Assembly: GCA_963758635.1 (NCBI GenBank)
Contig: CAVWWD010000008.1
Span: 416,001-480,000 of the forward strand
Reading direction: 5' to 3'
DNA from: an uncultured Candidatus Rokubacteria bacterium
GTDB lineage: Bacteria; Methylomirabilota; Methylomirabilia; Rokubacteriales; CSP1-6
DNA length: 64,000 nt
Shown in pieces: positions 9,751 through 19,861 of the stretch (positions are counted from its first letter, which is position 1; each line of letters starts with the position of its first letter). The notes under the pieces were generated by a model that was not told the DNA's origin, did not search any database, and saw only the letters and a list, made by a program, of their open reading frames with translations. The position numbers and the translations under genes are program-made.

Positions 9751-10494
9751 ATGCACTCCTTCTTCGACCTGCTCTGGGGTACCCTCGTGCTGCGGCCGTA
9801 CGTCTTCGGCTTCCTCGCCGCGTACCTGGCGCTGGCCGTGCGGGATCTCGGGACGCGCGGGGCCGGCCTCTTCCTGGGCTGGGGCTTCGCCGTCGCCTTC
9901 GTGGCCGAGTACGCGTCCACGCGCATCGGCGTCCCGTTCGGGCTCTACCACTACACGGAGGCCACGCGGGGCGTGGAGCTCTACCTGGCCAACGTCCCGT
10001 TCTTCGACTCGCTCTCGTTTCCGTTCCTGGCCTATGCCGCGTGGTGCGCGGCGCGGTGGGCCCTCGGCGAGAGCCGCACGCTCCGGGCGGTGGGCACGGC
10101 CGGCGTGCTCATGATGCTGCTCGACGTGGTGATCGATCCCGTCGCCGTGCGCGGGGCGCGCTGGTTCCTCGGCCACATCTTCTATTACCCGGCCGGCGGC
10201 GTGTACTTCGGCGTGCCGCTGTCGAACTTCGCGGGCTGGGCGATCGTCGGCTGGGCGATCGTCGGCGGCTATCTGGCTCTCGCCGGCGCGCGGCGCGCCC
10301 CGCGCGCCGCGCCCGGCCTGGGCGTGCTGCTCTACTACGCGATCCTCGCGTTCAACCTTGCGGTGACGGCCTGGATCGGCGAGATCGCGCTGCTCGCGGT
10401 GGGAATCCTGCTGCATGTCCTCGTGTTTCTGGTACTCTGGGGCATCAGTTCGGGGCCGGGAAGAGCGGCGACGACCGTCCGTCCTGCCCCGTGA
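9751..10494 (+). CDS. DUF422/CruF-like (carotenoid hydratase family) membrane protein
   Basis: AE...G.PFGLYHY, LDVVIDPVA and YFGVPLSNFAGW motifs; polytopic. Confidence 0.7.
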   Translation: MHSFFDLLWGTLVLRPYVFGFLAAYLALAVRDLGTRGAGLFLGWGFAVAFVAEYASTRIGVPFGLYHYTEATRGVELYLANVPFFDSLSFPFLAYAAWCAARWALGESRTLRAVGTAGVLMMLLDVVIDPVAVRGARWFLGHIFYYPAGGVYFGVPLSNFAGWAIVGWAIVGGYLALAGARRAPRAAPGLGVLLYYAILAFNLAVTAWIGEIALLAVGILLHVLVFLVLWGISSGPGRAATTVRPAP

Positions 10495-10555
10495 GACGCG
10501 CGATTGACGTGGAGCACCAACAGGCGTCCGGGCGGGGAGGAGCGTCGGTCAGGGC

Positions 10556-11572
10556 ATGAGCGTGCCGGTGTCGCAGATGTTCACGGTGGCGAGCTACGTG
10601 CTCCGGCAGCGGCTCGCCGGGCGGAAGCGCTACCCCCTCGTCCTCATGCTCGAGCCCCTCTTCCGCTGCAACCTCGCGTGCGCGGGCTGCGGGAAGATCC
10701 AGTACCCGGCCCAGATCCTCAAGAAGCACCTCACGGTGGAGCAGTGCCTGGCCGCGGTGGACGAGTGCGGGGCGCCCATGGTGAGCATCCCGGGCGGCGA
10801 GCCCCTGATGTACCCGGACATCGACCGCCTCGTGGCCGAGCTGGCGCGCAAGCGCAAGTACATCTACCTCTGCACCAACGCGATCCTGCTCCGCGAGAAG
10901 CTCGACCTGTTCACGCCGTCCCGGTACCTGTCCTTCAGCGTGCACATGGACGGCCTGCGCGAGGACCACGACGAGGCGGTGTGCCGCGACGGCGTCTACG
11001 ACCAGGCCGTCGACGCCATCCGCGAGGCGGTGCGCCGCGGCTTTCGCGTCACCACCAACACCACGGTCTTCGACGGCGCCTCGCCGCTCCGGATGCGCGA
11101 GTTCTTCGACGAGATGATGCGCCTCGGCGTGGAAGGCATGATGATCTCGCCCGGCTACAGCTACTCGAAGGCGCCCGACCAGGAGCACTTCCTGCGACGC
11201 GCCAAGACCGCGCGCCTCTTCACCGAGATGCTCTCCCGGCCCGGGCGCGGGTGGCGCTTCAACCAGTCGCCGATCTTCCTCCGCTTCCTCATGGGCAAGC
11301 ACGACTTCGAGTGCACGCCGTGGGGGAACCCCACGTTCAACATGTTCGGCTGGCAGCGCCCCTGCTACCTCCTCCAGGACGGCTACGCCGCCACCTTCGC
11401 GGAGCTGATGGAGACCACGGCCTGGGAGCAGTACGGGCGGAAGAGCGGCAACGAGAAGTGCCAGGACTGCATGGTGCACTGCGGCTTCGAGCCGACGTCG
11501 GTGAACCACACGTTCGGGTCGCTCCGCGGGTTCGCGGAGACGGTGTCGGTCACGCTGACCGGCCGGCTGTGA
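10556..11572 (+). CDS. hpnH: Adenosylhopane synthase, radical SAM
   Basis: YPLVLMLEPLFRCNLACAGCGKI, CTPWGNPT, PCYLL and CQDCMVHCGFE. Confidence 0.96.
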   Translation: MSVPVSQMFTVASYVLRQRLAGRKRYPLVLMLEPLFRCNLACAGCGKIQYPAQILKKHLTVEQCLAAVDECGAPMVSIPGGEPLMYPDIDRLVAELARKRKYIYLCTNAILLREKLDLFTPSRYLSFSVHMDGLREDHDEAVCRDGVYDQAVDAIREAVRRGFRVTTNTTVFDGASPLRMREFFDEMMRLGVEGMMISPGYSYSKAPDQEHFLRRAKTARLFTEMLSRPGRGWRFNQSPIFLRFLMGKHDFECTPWGNPTFNMFGWQRPCYLLQDGYAATFAELMETTAWEQYGRKSGNEKCQDCMVHCGFEPTSVNHTFGSLRGFAETVSVTLTGRL

Positions 11573-11636
11573 GAGTCGCCGCGGTGGATCCGTCGGTCCG
11601 GTGAACACTCCCACGAGCGATCCGGAGTAGCCACCG

Positions 11637-11993
11637 ATGTCGCGGCACGGCTGGGACCCGGAGATCGGGCCGTCCCTCACGCTGGAAGAGGTCATCGAGC
11701 ACGCCTTCGACTACCGGGGCAACACGACGATCATCACGCGCGCCGGGGCGGAGATCGTCGGCTACATCTTCAACCGGAATGCCGGCGTCCCCGAGCCATT
11801 TCTGGAGTACTTCGACGAGGCCGGTGAGGGGCCTTTCACTCTCCGCTACGCCAACGTCGCCACGATCAGGTTCACGGGGCGGGACACCGCGGCCGGGCAG
11901 TCGTGGAAGGCCTGGGTGGAGCGCCGGGATCGTGAGCGGGCCGCGGGCCGTGGATCCACACCGGATCAGCCTGCTCATCCTGACGGCGGTTGA
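11637..11993 (+). CDS. Small hypothetical protein in the hpn operon
   Basis: GGAG RBS, coding-like composition, sits between hpnH and hpnG. Confidence 0.7.
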   Translation: MSRHGWDPEIGPSLTLEEVIEHAFDYRGNTTIITRAGAEIVGYIFNRNAGVPEPFLEYFDEAGEGPFTLRYANVATIRFTGRDTAAGQSWKAWVERRDRERAAGRGSTPDQPAHPDGG

Positions 11994-12732
11994 GCTCGAG
12001 GCGGCCACGCTCGCCCGCCACCTGGAACTCTCCGTCCTTCCCGGCCTGCCGTTCCGCGGCTTCGGCCGCGGCCACGTCCGGATGGCTTCCATCGGACCCG
12101 GCGCCGGCCGTCTCGCCGAGCGCTGGCCCATCCTCCTCGACGGGCTCGACTATCCCCTGGTCGTGTCGGCCGGCCTCTGCGGCGGGCTCGATCCCGCCCT
12201 GAGCACGGGCGACGTCGTCGTTCCCGACCAGGTGCTCTCGCCGGGGGGCGACCGCTTCGATCGCGACCTCGCCCTGGCCGGCGGCGGCGCGCCCGCGTCG
12301 CGCGGCCGCCTCGTGACGGTACGCCAGGTGGTGGAGACGCCAGCCGACAAGGCCGCGCTCCGCGCCCGCACCGGCGGGGTCGCCGTGGACATGGAGTCGG
12401 CCGACATCGCCGATGCGGCCACACGCGCGCGCCTGCCGTGGACGGTGGTGCGCGGCGTCTCGGACGCGGCGGGCGACACGGTGCCGCGCGCGCTGCTCGG
12501 CCTGATGGGGCCCGACGGCCGGCTGCGGCTCGCGCATCCCGGCGTGCTCCGGCTCGGGTGGCCGCAGAACCTCCGGCGCGCGCTCGGCCTCGCGCGCGGC
12601 ACGCGGCTGGCGCTCTCGCGGGTCGGGCGCGTCCTCGCCGAGCTGGCCGTCCAGCCCGCATCATCCGCGATGGAAGCGGACCCTGAACAGCGTGTACGGC
12701 CGGTGAACCCGTTCATGAGTGGCCCCGCATAG
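11950..12732 (+). CDS. hpnG: Hopanoid-associated nucleoside phosphorylase
   Basis: SAGLCGGLDPAL, AVDMESA and VRGVSD (PNP/MTAN fold); next to hpnH. Confidence 0.8.
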   Translation: MDPHRISLLILTAVELEAATLARHLELSVLPGLPFRGFGRGHVRMASIGPGAGRLAERWPILLDGLDYPLVVSAGLCGGLDPALSTGDVVVPDQVLSPGGDRFDRDLALAGGGAPASRGRLVTVRQVVETPADKAALRARTGGVAVDMESADIADAATRARLPWTVVRGVSDAAGDTVPRALLGLMGPDGRLRLAHPGVLRLGWPQNLRRALGLARGTRLALSRVGRVLAELAVQPASSAMEADPEQRVRPVNPFMSGPA

Positions 12733-12736
12733 CGCC

Positions 12737-13738
12737 ATGGACGTGCTCGTCACCGGCGGCACCGGTTTCGTGGGCGCGAACCTGGTCCGGGAGCTGCTCG
12801 GCGACGGCGACCGCGTCCGCGTGCTCGCCCGCGCCGGCGGCGACCGGCGCGCCCTCGTCGGGTGCGCGGTGGACTTCGCGGAGGGCGATCTGATCGACCG
12901 CGACGCGGTGCGCGCCGCCGTGGCGGGGGCGCGCCGGGTGTACCACGTGGCCGCCGACTACCGGCTCTGGGCGCGCGATCCGAGCGAGCTCTACCGGACG
13001 AACGTCGACGGCACCCGCAACGTGATCGAGGCCGCGGTCGCGGCGAAGGTGGAGCGCATCGTCTACACCTCGACGGTGGGCGCCCTCGGCATCCCCAAGG
13101 ACGGCTCGGTGGGCGACGAGGACACGCCGGTGTCCCTCGCCGACATGGTGGGCCCGTACAAGGCGTCGAAGTTCATGGCCGAGCAGGTGGCGCGCGAGTG
13201 GGCGGCCCGCGGCGCGCCGGTGGTGATCGTGAACCCGTCGGCGCCCATCGGCCCGTGGGACGTGAAGCCCACGCCCACCGGCAAGATGATCGTGGACTTC
13301 CTCAAGGGCCGGATGGTGGCCACGGTGGACACCGGGCTGAACGTGGTCCACGTCCGCGACGTGGCGCGGGGCCACATCCTGGCCGCCGAGCGGGGCCGGG
13401 TCGGCGAGCGCTACGTCCTCGGCCACGAGAACCTGTCGCTGCTCGAGATCTTCCGCGCGCTCTCGCGCCTCACCGGCGTCCGGGCTCCGCGCTTCCGCGT
13501 GCCCTACGCGGTGGCGTGGATGGGGGCGGCGGCCATGGAAGGGATGGCGCGGGTCACGGGCGGCGCGCCCGCCGTGCCCCTGACCGCGGTCCGCATGGCG
13601 AAAAAGCGCATGTACTTCAGCGCGGCCCGCGCGGTGCGCGAGCTCGGCATGCCCCAGACCCCGGTGGACCAGGCGCTGGGCGACGCCGTGGACTGGTTCG
13701 CGGCGCACGGCTACGTGACCCGGGGGCGGACGGCGTGA
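12737..13738 (+). CDS. hpnA: Hopanoid-associated NAD-dependent epimerase/dehydratase
   Basis: TGGTGFVG, HVAADYRLW, YKASK and DVKPTPTG. Confidence 0.93.
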   Translation: MDVLVTGGTGFVGANLVRELLGDGDRVRVLARAGGDRRALVGCAVDFAEGDLIDRDAVRAAVAGARRVYHVAADYRLWARDPSELYRTNVDGTRNVIEAAVAAKVERIVYTSTVGALGIPKDGSVGDEDTPVSLADMVGPYKASKFMAEQVAREWAARGAPVVIVNPSAPIGPWDVKPTPTGKMIVDFLKGRMVATVDTGLNVVHVRDVARGHILAAERGRVGERYVLGHENLSLLEIFRALSRLTGVRAPRFRVPYAVAWMGAAAMEGMARVTGGAPAVPLTAVRMAKKRMYFSAARAVRELGMPQTPVDQALGDAVDWFAAHGYVTRGRTA

Positions 13739-14589
13739 ACGCCGGGCAGTTCGTCGCGCGGCTCACGCGCAAGAGCCGGTCGAACTTCTTCTACGCCTTC
13801 CTGCTCCTTCCCCGCGCCCAGCGCGAGGCGATCTTCGCCGTGTACGCCTTCTGCCGGATCGTGGACGACATCGTCGACGCCGCCGCCGATCGCGCCACCC
13901 CGCGCCACGAGCTGGCCCGCTGGCGCGACGAGATCGCCCACGTGTTCGAGGGACAGCCCGAGCACCCGGTGGCCCAGCGGCTGCAGGAGGCGGTGGGCCG
14001 CTTCCCGATCCCGCGCGCCGCGCTCCTCGACATCATCGCGGGCGTCGAGATGGACCTGGAGCGCTCCGCGTACGACACCTTCGAGGCGCTCTACCCGTAC
14101 TGCTATCGCGTGGCCTCGGCGGTGGGCCTCTGCACCATCGAGATCTTCGGCTACACGGACCGGCGCTCGCGCGACTACGCGGTGGACCTGGGCGTGGCGC
14201 TCCAGCTCACGAACATCCTGCGCGATGTGCAGGCGGACGCGCGGATGGGCCGCGTGTACCTGCCCCAGGAGGACCTGCGGCGTTTCGGCGTCACCGCCAC
14301 CGACCTGTACGAGGGGCGCTACTGCCCGGAGTTCGTCGCCCTCATGGGCTTCGAGGCATCCCGGGCGCGCGACTACTACGCGCGCGCGTGGCGGGCGCTC
14401 CCCGCCGTGGACCGCCGGCGCCTCTTCGCGGCGGAGATCATGGGGCGCACGTACTGGACCTTGCTCCAGGCCATCGAGGCGCGCCGGTTCCAGGTGTTCG
14501 GCGAGCGCGTGCGGGTGCCGACGTGGCGGCGCATCGGGATCGCGCTGGGAACGTGGGTGGGGGCGCGCGTGCCCCGGCGGGCGGTGTGA
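13735..14589 (+). CDS. hpnD: Presqualene diphosphate synthase (squalene/phytoene synthase family)
   Basis: SRSNFFYAF, FCRIVDDIVD, YCYRVASAVG and LQLTNILRDV..D...GRVYLP. Confidence 0.88.
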   Translation: MNAGQFVARLTRKSRSNFFYAFLLLPRAQREAIFAVYAFCRIVDDIVDAAADRATPRHELARWRDEIAHVFEGQPEHPVAQRLQEAVGRFPIPRAALLDIIAGVEMDLERSAYDTFEALYPYCYRVASAVGLCTIEIFGYTDRRSRDYAVDLGVALQLTNILRDVQADARMGRVYLPQEDLRRFGVTATDLYEGRYCPEFVALMGFEASRARDYYARAWRALPAVDRRRLFAAEIMGRTYWTLLQAIEARRFQVFGERVRVPTWRRIGIALGTWVGARVPRRAV

Positions 14590-15596
14590 AGGCGGCGGTC
14601 CACGTCGGCGCGGGCCGCATCGAGCTGCGCGACTGGCCGGCCCCGGCGCCGGGGCCGGGCGAGATCCTCCTCCGGCTCCGCGGTTGCGGCCTCTGCGGCT
14701 CGGACATCGCCAAGCTCACGCCCGGCGCGGCCGGTCCACCCGCGGTGCTGGGCCACGAGGTCGTCGGCGACGTGGTCGAGGCCGGCGCGGGCGTCGCCGG
14801 CTTCGGCGCCGGCCAGCGCGTGGTCGTGGCGCATCACGTCCCGTGCTTTCAGTGCCACTACTGCCGGCGCGGCAGCGCCTCCATGTGCCGGACGTTCAAG
14901 CGCGTGAACCTCGACCCGGGGGGCTTCGCCGAGCTGGTCCGCGTGCCCGCGCCGAACGTGGTCCACGCCGCCTTCGCGCTTGCACCCGAGATGAGCGACG
15001 AGGTGGCGTCCTTCACCGAGCCCTTGGCGTGCTGCCTGCGCGCGGTGGCACGGGCGCGCCTGGGCGCCGGAGACACCGCGCTGGTGGTGGGACTCGGCTC
15101 CGTCGGCTGCCTCATGGCGCAGGCCGCCGAGACCGTGGGGGCGCGCGTCCTGGGGTTCGACCTCGTGGACGCGCGCCGCCGGCTCGCGCGCGGCTTCGGC
15201 ACGGAGGCGCCGGACGACGAGACCGGCCTCGACCAGGCGGTGGCCGCGGCCACCGATGGGCGCGGCGCCAACGTCGTGCTGCTGACCGCCGGAGGCGCCT
15301 CGGCCCTCGCCTGGGCCGAGCGGCGCGTGCGCGACGGGGGCGCCATCCACTGCTTCGCGGGCGGGGACGGTGACGCCCTGCCGCTGCCGCTCGACCGCCT
15401 CTATCGCCGGGAGCTGACCGTCACGGCCACGTACTCCTCGTCGCCCGCCGACCTCGCGCTGGCCTTCGCGCTCCTCGCGCGCGGCGCCGTGCGGGTGGAC
15501 GGGCTCATCACGCATCGGCTCCCGCTGGGGCGCCTCGCCGAAGGGGTGGACCTCATGCGGCGCCGAGAGGCGGTCAAGGTGTACGTCACGCCGTGA
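14586..15596 (+). CDS. Zn-dependent MDR dehydrogenase (polyol dehydrogenase-like) 1
   Basis: CGSD, GHE, CFQCHYC...C structural Zn site, EPLAC, GLGSVG; GTGA overlap with hpnD. Confidence 0.9.
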   Translation: MKAAVHVGAGRIELRDWPAPAPGPGEILLRLRGCGLCGSDIAKLTPGAAGPPAVLGHEVVGDVVEAGAGVAGFGAGQRVVVAHHVPCFQCHYCRRGSASMCRTFKRVNLDPGGFAELVRVPAPNVVHAAFALAPEMSDEVASFTEPLACCLRAVARARLGAGDTALVVGLGSVGCLMAQAAETVGARVLGFDLVDARRRLARGFGTEAPDDETGLDQAVAAATDGRGANVVLLTAGGASALAWAERRVRDGGAIHCFAGGDGDALPLPLDRLYRRELTVTATYSSSPADLALAFALLARGAVRVDGLITHRLPLGRLAEGVDLMRRREAVKVYVTP

Positions 15597-16663
15597 CCGG
15601 GCTGCCGCGGCGCATGCGCGCCCAGGTCTTCCACGGCCCGGGCGACCTGCGGCTCGAGACGCCGGTCGTCCCCACGCCCGGCCCCGGCGAGGTCGTGCTC
15701 AAGGTGGAGGCGGCGCTCACCTGCGGCACCAACGTCAAGACGCTGCGCCGCGGCCACCCCGTGATGATCCCGGTGGTGCCCACCGTCTTCGGTCACGAGT
15801 TCGCCGGCGTCGTCGTGGCGACGGGCGCCGGTGTCGGGAGCCTCCGCGAGGGCGACCGCGTGGCCGCGGCCAACTCGGCGCCCTGCGGGGCCTGTCCGCT
15901 GTGCCGGGTGGGCCGACCCAACCTGTGCGAGGACCTCCTGTTCGTGAACGGGGCGTACGGCGAGTACATCGCGCTCCCGGCCCGCCTGGTGCGGACCAAC
16001 GTCGTGCCCATCGGTCCCACGCTGCCCGCGTTCCGCGCGGCCTTCGCCGAGCCGCTCGCCTGCGCGATCCTGGGCGTGGAGCGCGCGCGCGTCGAGCCCG
16101 GCATGACCGTCGGCGTGATCGGCCACGGCCCGCTCGGGTGCCTGCTCGCCATGGTGGCGGCGGCCCGGAAGGCCCGCGTGCTCCTGGTGGGCAAGGCGGG
16201 CTGGCGTCTCGACCGGGTCCGCGCCTCCGGGATCGCCGAATGCGTGGACGCCGGCGCCGGGCCGGATGCGGGCCAGGCGCTCCGCGATCTCACGGGAGGC
16301 CGGGGACCCGACGTGACGGTGGACGCCACCGGGCGCCCCGAGGTCTGGGAGCAGGCCATCGCCGCCGTCGGGCGGGGGGGCACCGTTCTCTTCTTCGGGG
16401 GCTGCGCGCCCGGAACCGCGATCACGGTGGATACGCGCCGGGCTCACTACGAGGAGCTGTCGCTGGTGGGATCGTTCCACCACAGCCCGGAGACGATTCG
16501 TCGCGCCCTGGACCTGCTCGAGGCGCAGACGCTCGTCCCCGACGCGCTGATCACCCAGCGGATGTCGCTGGACGAGGTGCCGCAGGCCCTGTCCCTGATG
16601 GCCGCGGGCCAGGCCCTCAAGGTGCTGATCGATCCGGCGCGGGGCGGTGAGGGCACCCGGTGA
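15593..16663 (+). CDS. Zn-dependent MDR dehydrogenase (polyol dehydrogenase-like) 2
   Basis: CGTN, GHE, CGACPLC...C, EPLAC, GHGPLG; GTGA overlap. Confidence 0.9.
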   Translation: MTGLPRRMRAQVFHGPGDLRLETPVVPTPGPGEVVLKVEAALTCGTNVKTLRRGHPVMIPVVPTVFGHEFAGVVVATGAGVGSLREGDRVAAANSAPCGACPLCRVGRPNLCEDLLFVNGAYGEYIALPARLVRTNVVPIGPTLPAFRAAFAEPLACAILGVERARVEPGMTVGVIGHGPLGCLLAMVAAARKARVLLVGKAGWRLDRVRASGIAECVDAGAGPDAGQALRDLTGGRGPDVTVDATGRPEVWEQAIAAVGRGGTVLFFGGCAPGTAITVDTRRAHYEELSLVGSFHHSPETIRRALDLLEAQTLVPDALITQRMSLDEVPQALSLMAAGQALKVLIDPARGGEGTR

Positions 16664-16713
16664 CAGTCCCTCCGGCCTCCGCTATACTGAGCCCCGCGTC
16701 CAGCGAGGAGACC

Positions 16714-17712
16714 ATGGCCACTCACCACTTGCAGGAGATCGTGCTGGCGGGCCCGCGCGGGTTCTGCGCGGGCGTCGATCGGGCCATCGACATCGTGGAG
16801 CTGGCCCTCGAGGTGTGCCCGCCGCCCGTGTACGTGCGCAAGGAGATCGTCCACAACCGTCACGTCGTCGAGGCCCTGCGCGAGAAGGGCGCCCACTTCG
16901 TGGACGAGCTCGACGAGGTGCCCGACGACGCCACCGTGATCTTCAGCGCGCACGGCGTGTCGCCGGCCATCCGGGCCGACGCCGAGCGGCGCGGCCTGCG
17001 CGTCATCGACGCCACGTGCCCGCTCGTGACCAAGGTCCACCTCGAGGCGGTCCGCTACGCGCGCGAGGGCTACTCGATCATCCTCGTCGGCCACGCCGAC
17101 CATGACGAGGTCGTGGGCACGATGGGCGAGGCGCCGGAGCGGATGTTCGTGATCGCCCAGCCCGAGGACGTCGACCACCTCCAGGTGCCGGATCCGGAGA
17201 AGGTCGCCTACCTCACGCAGACCACCCTCTCCGTGGACGACACGCGGGACTGCATCGCCGCCCTCCGCCGCCGCTTCCCGAGGATCGTGGGACCGGCCAA
17301 GGACGACATCTGCTACGCCACGCAGAACCGCCAGGCCGCGGCCAAGACGGTGGCCGCGGAGGTGGACCTGCTCCTGGTCATCGGCGCGGCCAACAGCTCC
17401 AACGCGAACCGCCTCGTCGAGGTGTCGCGCGTCATGGGGACGCCCTCGTACCTGATCGCGGACCGCAGCGACATCAGGCCGGAGTGGCTCGACGGGACGC
17501 GCCGCGTGGGCGTCACCGCGGGCGCGTCCACGCCGGAGCGTCTCGTGACCGAGGTGGTCGAGGCGCTGTCGAGCCGTCACGCGGTGAAGGTGCAGGAGGT
17601 GCACGTCGTGGAGGAGGACGTGCGCTTCGGCCTGCCGCGCGAGCTCGAGGACATCGCCCGGCAGAGCGGCCGGCGGCTGCCCGTCCGCGTCAGCGGGGGC
17701 GCCGAGGGGTAA
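16714..17712 (+). CDS. ispH: 4-hydroxy-3-methylbut-2-enyl diphosphate reductase
   Basis: PRGFCAGV, IVHN, SAHG, DATCPLV, QTTLS, ICYATQNRQ, NSSN and TAGASTP. Confidence 0.97.
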   Translation: MATHHLQEIVLAGPRGFCAGVDRAIDIVELALEVCPPPVYVRKEIVHNRHVVEALREKGAHFVDELDEVPDDATVIFSAHGVSPAIRADAERRGLRVIDATCPLVTKVHLEAVRYAREGYSIILVGHADHDEVVGTMGEAPERMFVIAQPEDVDHLQVPDPEKVAYLTQTTLSVDDTRDCIAALRRRFPRIVGPAKDDICYATQNRQAAAKTVAAEVDLLLVIGAANSSNANRLVEVSRVMGTPSYLIADRSDIRPEWLDGTRRVGVTAGASTPERLVTEVVEALSSRHAVKVQEVHVVEEDVRFGLPRELEDIARQSGRRLPVRVSGGAEG

Positions 17713-17780
17713 CGCTCCACCGCTTCGAACCGTCTTCCTCCGTCGGACACTCCATTCGCAGCGGCATCGGGGAGGCAGGC

Positions 17781-19860
17781 ATGGCTCTCGATATCGGCAA
17801 GATCCGCAACGTCGCGTTCGTCGGGCACGGGGGCGTCGGCAAGACCTCGATGGTCGAGGCGATCCTGTTCGCCTCCGGCGCCATCTCGCGCCTGGGCCGG
17901 GCCGACGACGGCACCACCACCACCGACTTCGACCCCGACGAGGTCAAGCGGAAGATCTCGCTGAACACCGCGGTGGCCTTCTGCGACTACAAGGGGCACC
18001 GCTTCAACCTGATCGACACTCCCGGATACGGCGACTTCGTCGCGGACGCGCGGGCGGGTCTCCGGGTGGCCGACGCGGCGGTGATCATGGTGGACGCGGT
18101 GGCCGGCGTGCAGGTCCAGACCGAGAAGGTGTGGAAGTACGCGGGTGAGTACGCGCTGCCGCGCGTGATCGTGATCAGCCGGCTCGACCGGGAGCGCGCC
18201 GACTTCTTCCGCACGCTCGAGTCCGTCGGCAAGCGCCTCAAGGGTCGCCTGTGCCCGCTCCAGGTGCCGGTGGGGTCCGAGTCCGGGTTCACCGGTGTCG
18301 TCGACCTCATCACGATGAAGGCGCTCGTGACCGCGGACGGGAAGGTCAAGGAGACGGACATCCCGGGCGACGTGACCGACGTGGCCAAGTCGTGGCGCGA
18401 CAAGCTCGTGGAGACGGTGGCGGAGACCGACGACGACCTCCTCGCCAAGTACCTGGAGGAGGGCGCGATCGGGGAGCCGGAGATGCTGGAGGCGCTCAAG
18501 CGGGCGGTGGCCAGCGGCGATCTGGTGCCCGTGCTCGCCGCTTCGGCCGCGCGCAGCATCGGCATCGCCCCGCTGCTGGACCTCGCGATCAAGGAGCTGC
18601 CGTCGCCCGCCGACCGGCCCGAGGTCGAGGCCGTGAACGTCAAGACCAAGGGGGCGGTGAAGCTCGGCGCCGACCCCAAGGCTCCGCTCTCCGCGCTGGT
18701 GTTCAAGACGGTGTCCGATCCCCACGTGGGCAAGCTCACGATCTTCCGCGTGTACTCCGGCACGCTCCACGCCGACGGGCACGCCTACAACTCCACCCGG
18801 CAGGCCCGCGAGCGGGTGGGGCACATCGGCTGGCTCCAGGGCAAGACGCAGAAGCCGGTGGAGACGCTCGGGCCCGGCGAGATCGGCGTGGTGGCCAAGC
18901 TGAAGGACAGCCTCACCGGCGACACGCTCTGCGAGGAGGGCCACCCGCTCCTCCTGTCCGGCATCGTGTTCCCCGAGCCGGCGATCTCGTTCGCGATCCA
19001 GCCGAAGACGCGGGGCGACGAGGACAAGATCTCCACGGCGCTCCATCGGATGACCGAGGAAGACCCGACGCTGCACCACCACTACGATCCGGAGACCAAG
19101 CAGCTCCTGGTCTCGGGCGTCGGGCAGCTCCACGTCGAGGTGGTGGTCGAGCGAATGAAGCGCAAGTACAACGTCGACGTGCAGGTGCTGCCGCCCCGCA
19201 TCCCGTACAAGGAGACGGTCAAGGGCCGCTCCGAGGTGCAGGGCAAGTACAAGAAGCAGACGGGCGGGCGCGGCCAGTACGGCGACACGTGGCTCGCGCG
19301 TCGAGCCGCTCCAGCGCGGCGCCGGCTTCGAGTTCGTCGACGATATCTTCGGGGGCGCGATCCCGCGCAACTTCATCCCGTCGGTCGAGAAGGGCGTCCG
19401 CGACTGCATGAAGCGCGGGATCATGGCCGGCTACCCGGTGGTGGACCTCAAGGTCACGCTCTACGACGGCTCCTACCACGACGTGGACTCCTCCGACATG
19501 GCATTCCAGATCGCCGCGTCGATGGGCCTGCAAAAGGGCTTCATGGAGGCCCACCCGATCCTCCTCGAGCCGGTCATGCACGTCGAGGTGACGGCCCCCT
19601 CCGACCACGCGGGCGACGTGATCGGCGACCTCAACGGCCGCCGCGGGCGGATCGTGGGCATGGAGCCCGACGGCGAGGTCGTCAACGTCCGCGCGCAGGC
19701 GCCGATGAGCGAGATGCTCACGTACGAGTCGACCCTCCGCTCGATGACGGGCGGTCGCGGCGGGTACTCGATGGAGTTCTCACACTACGAGGAGCTGCCC
19801 GCGCACCTCGCCGAGAAGGTCGTCGCCGCCGTGAACAAGGAAAAGGCCGAAAAGCACTGA
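17781..19860 (+). CDS. fusA: Elongation factor G paralog (EF-G2-like); apparent frameshift near 19297
   Basis: GHGGVGKTS, DTPG, KKQTGGRGQYG, GSYHDVDSS; C-terminal part in the 19408..19860 frame. Confidence 0.9.
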
Positions 19861-19861
19861 T

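Noticed and set aside
19290..19310. Programmed frameshifting in fusA or other split genes
   Set aside because: No slippery heptamer seen; similar breaks occur throughout the window, so sequencing error is simpler
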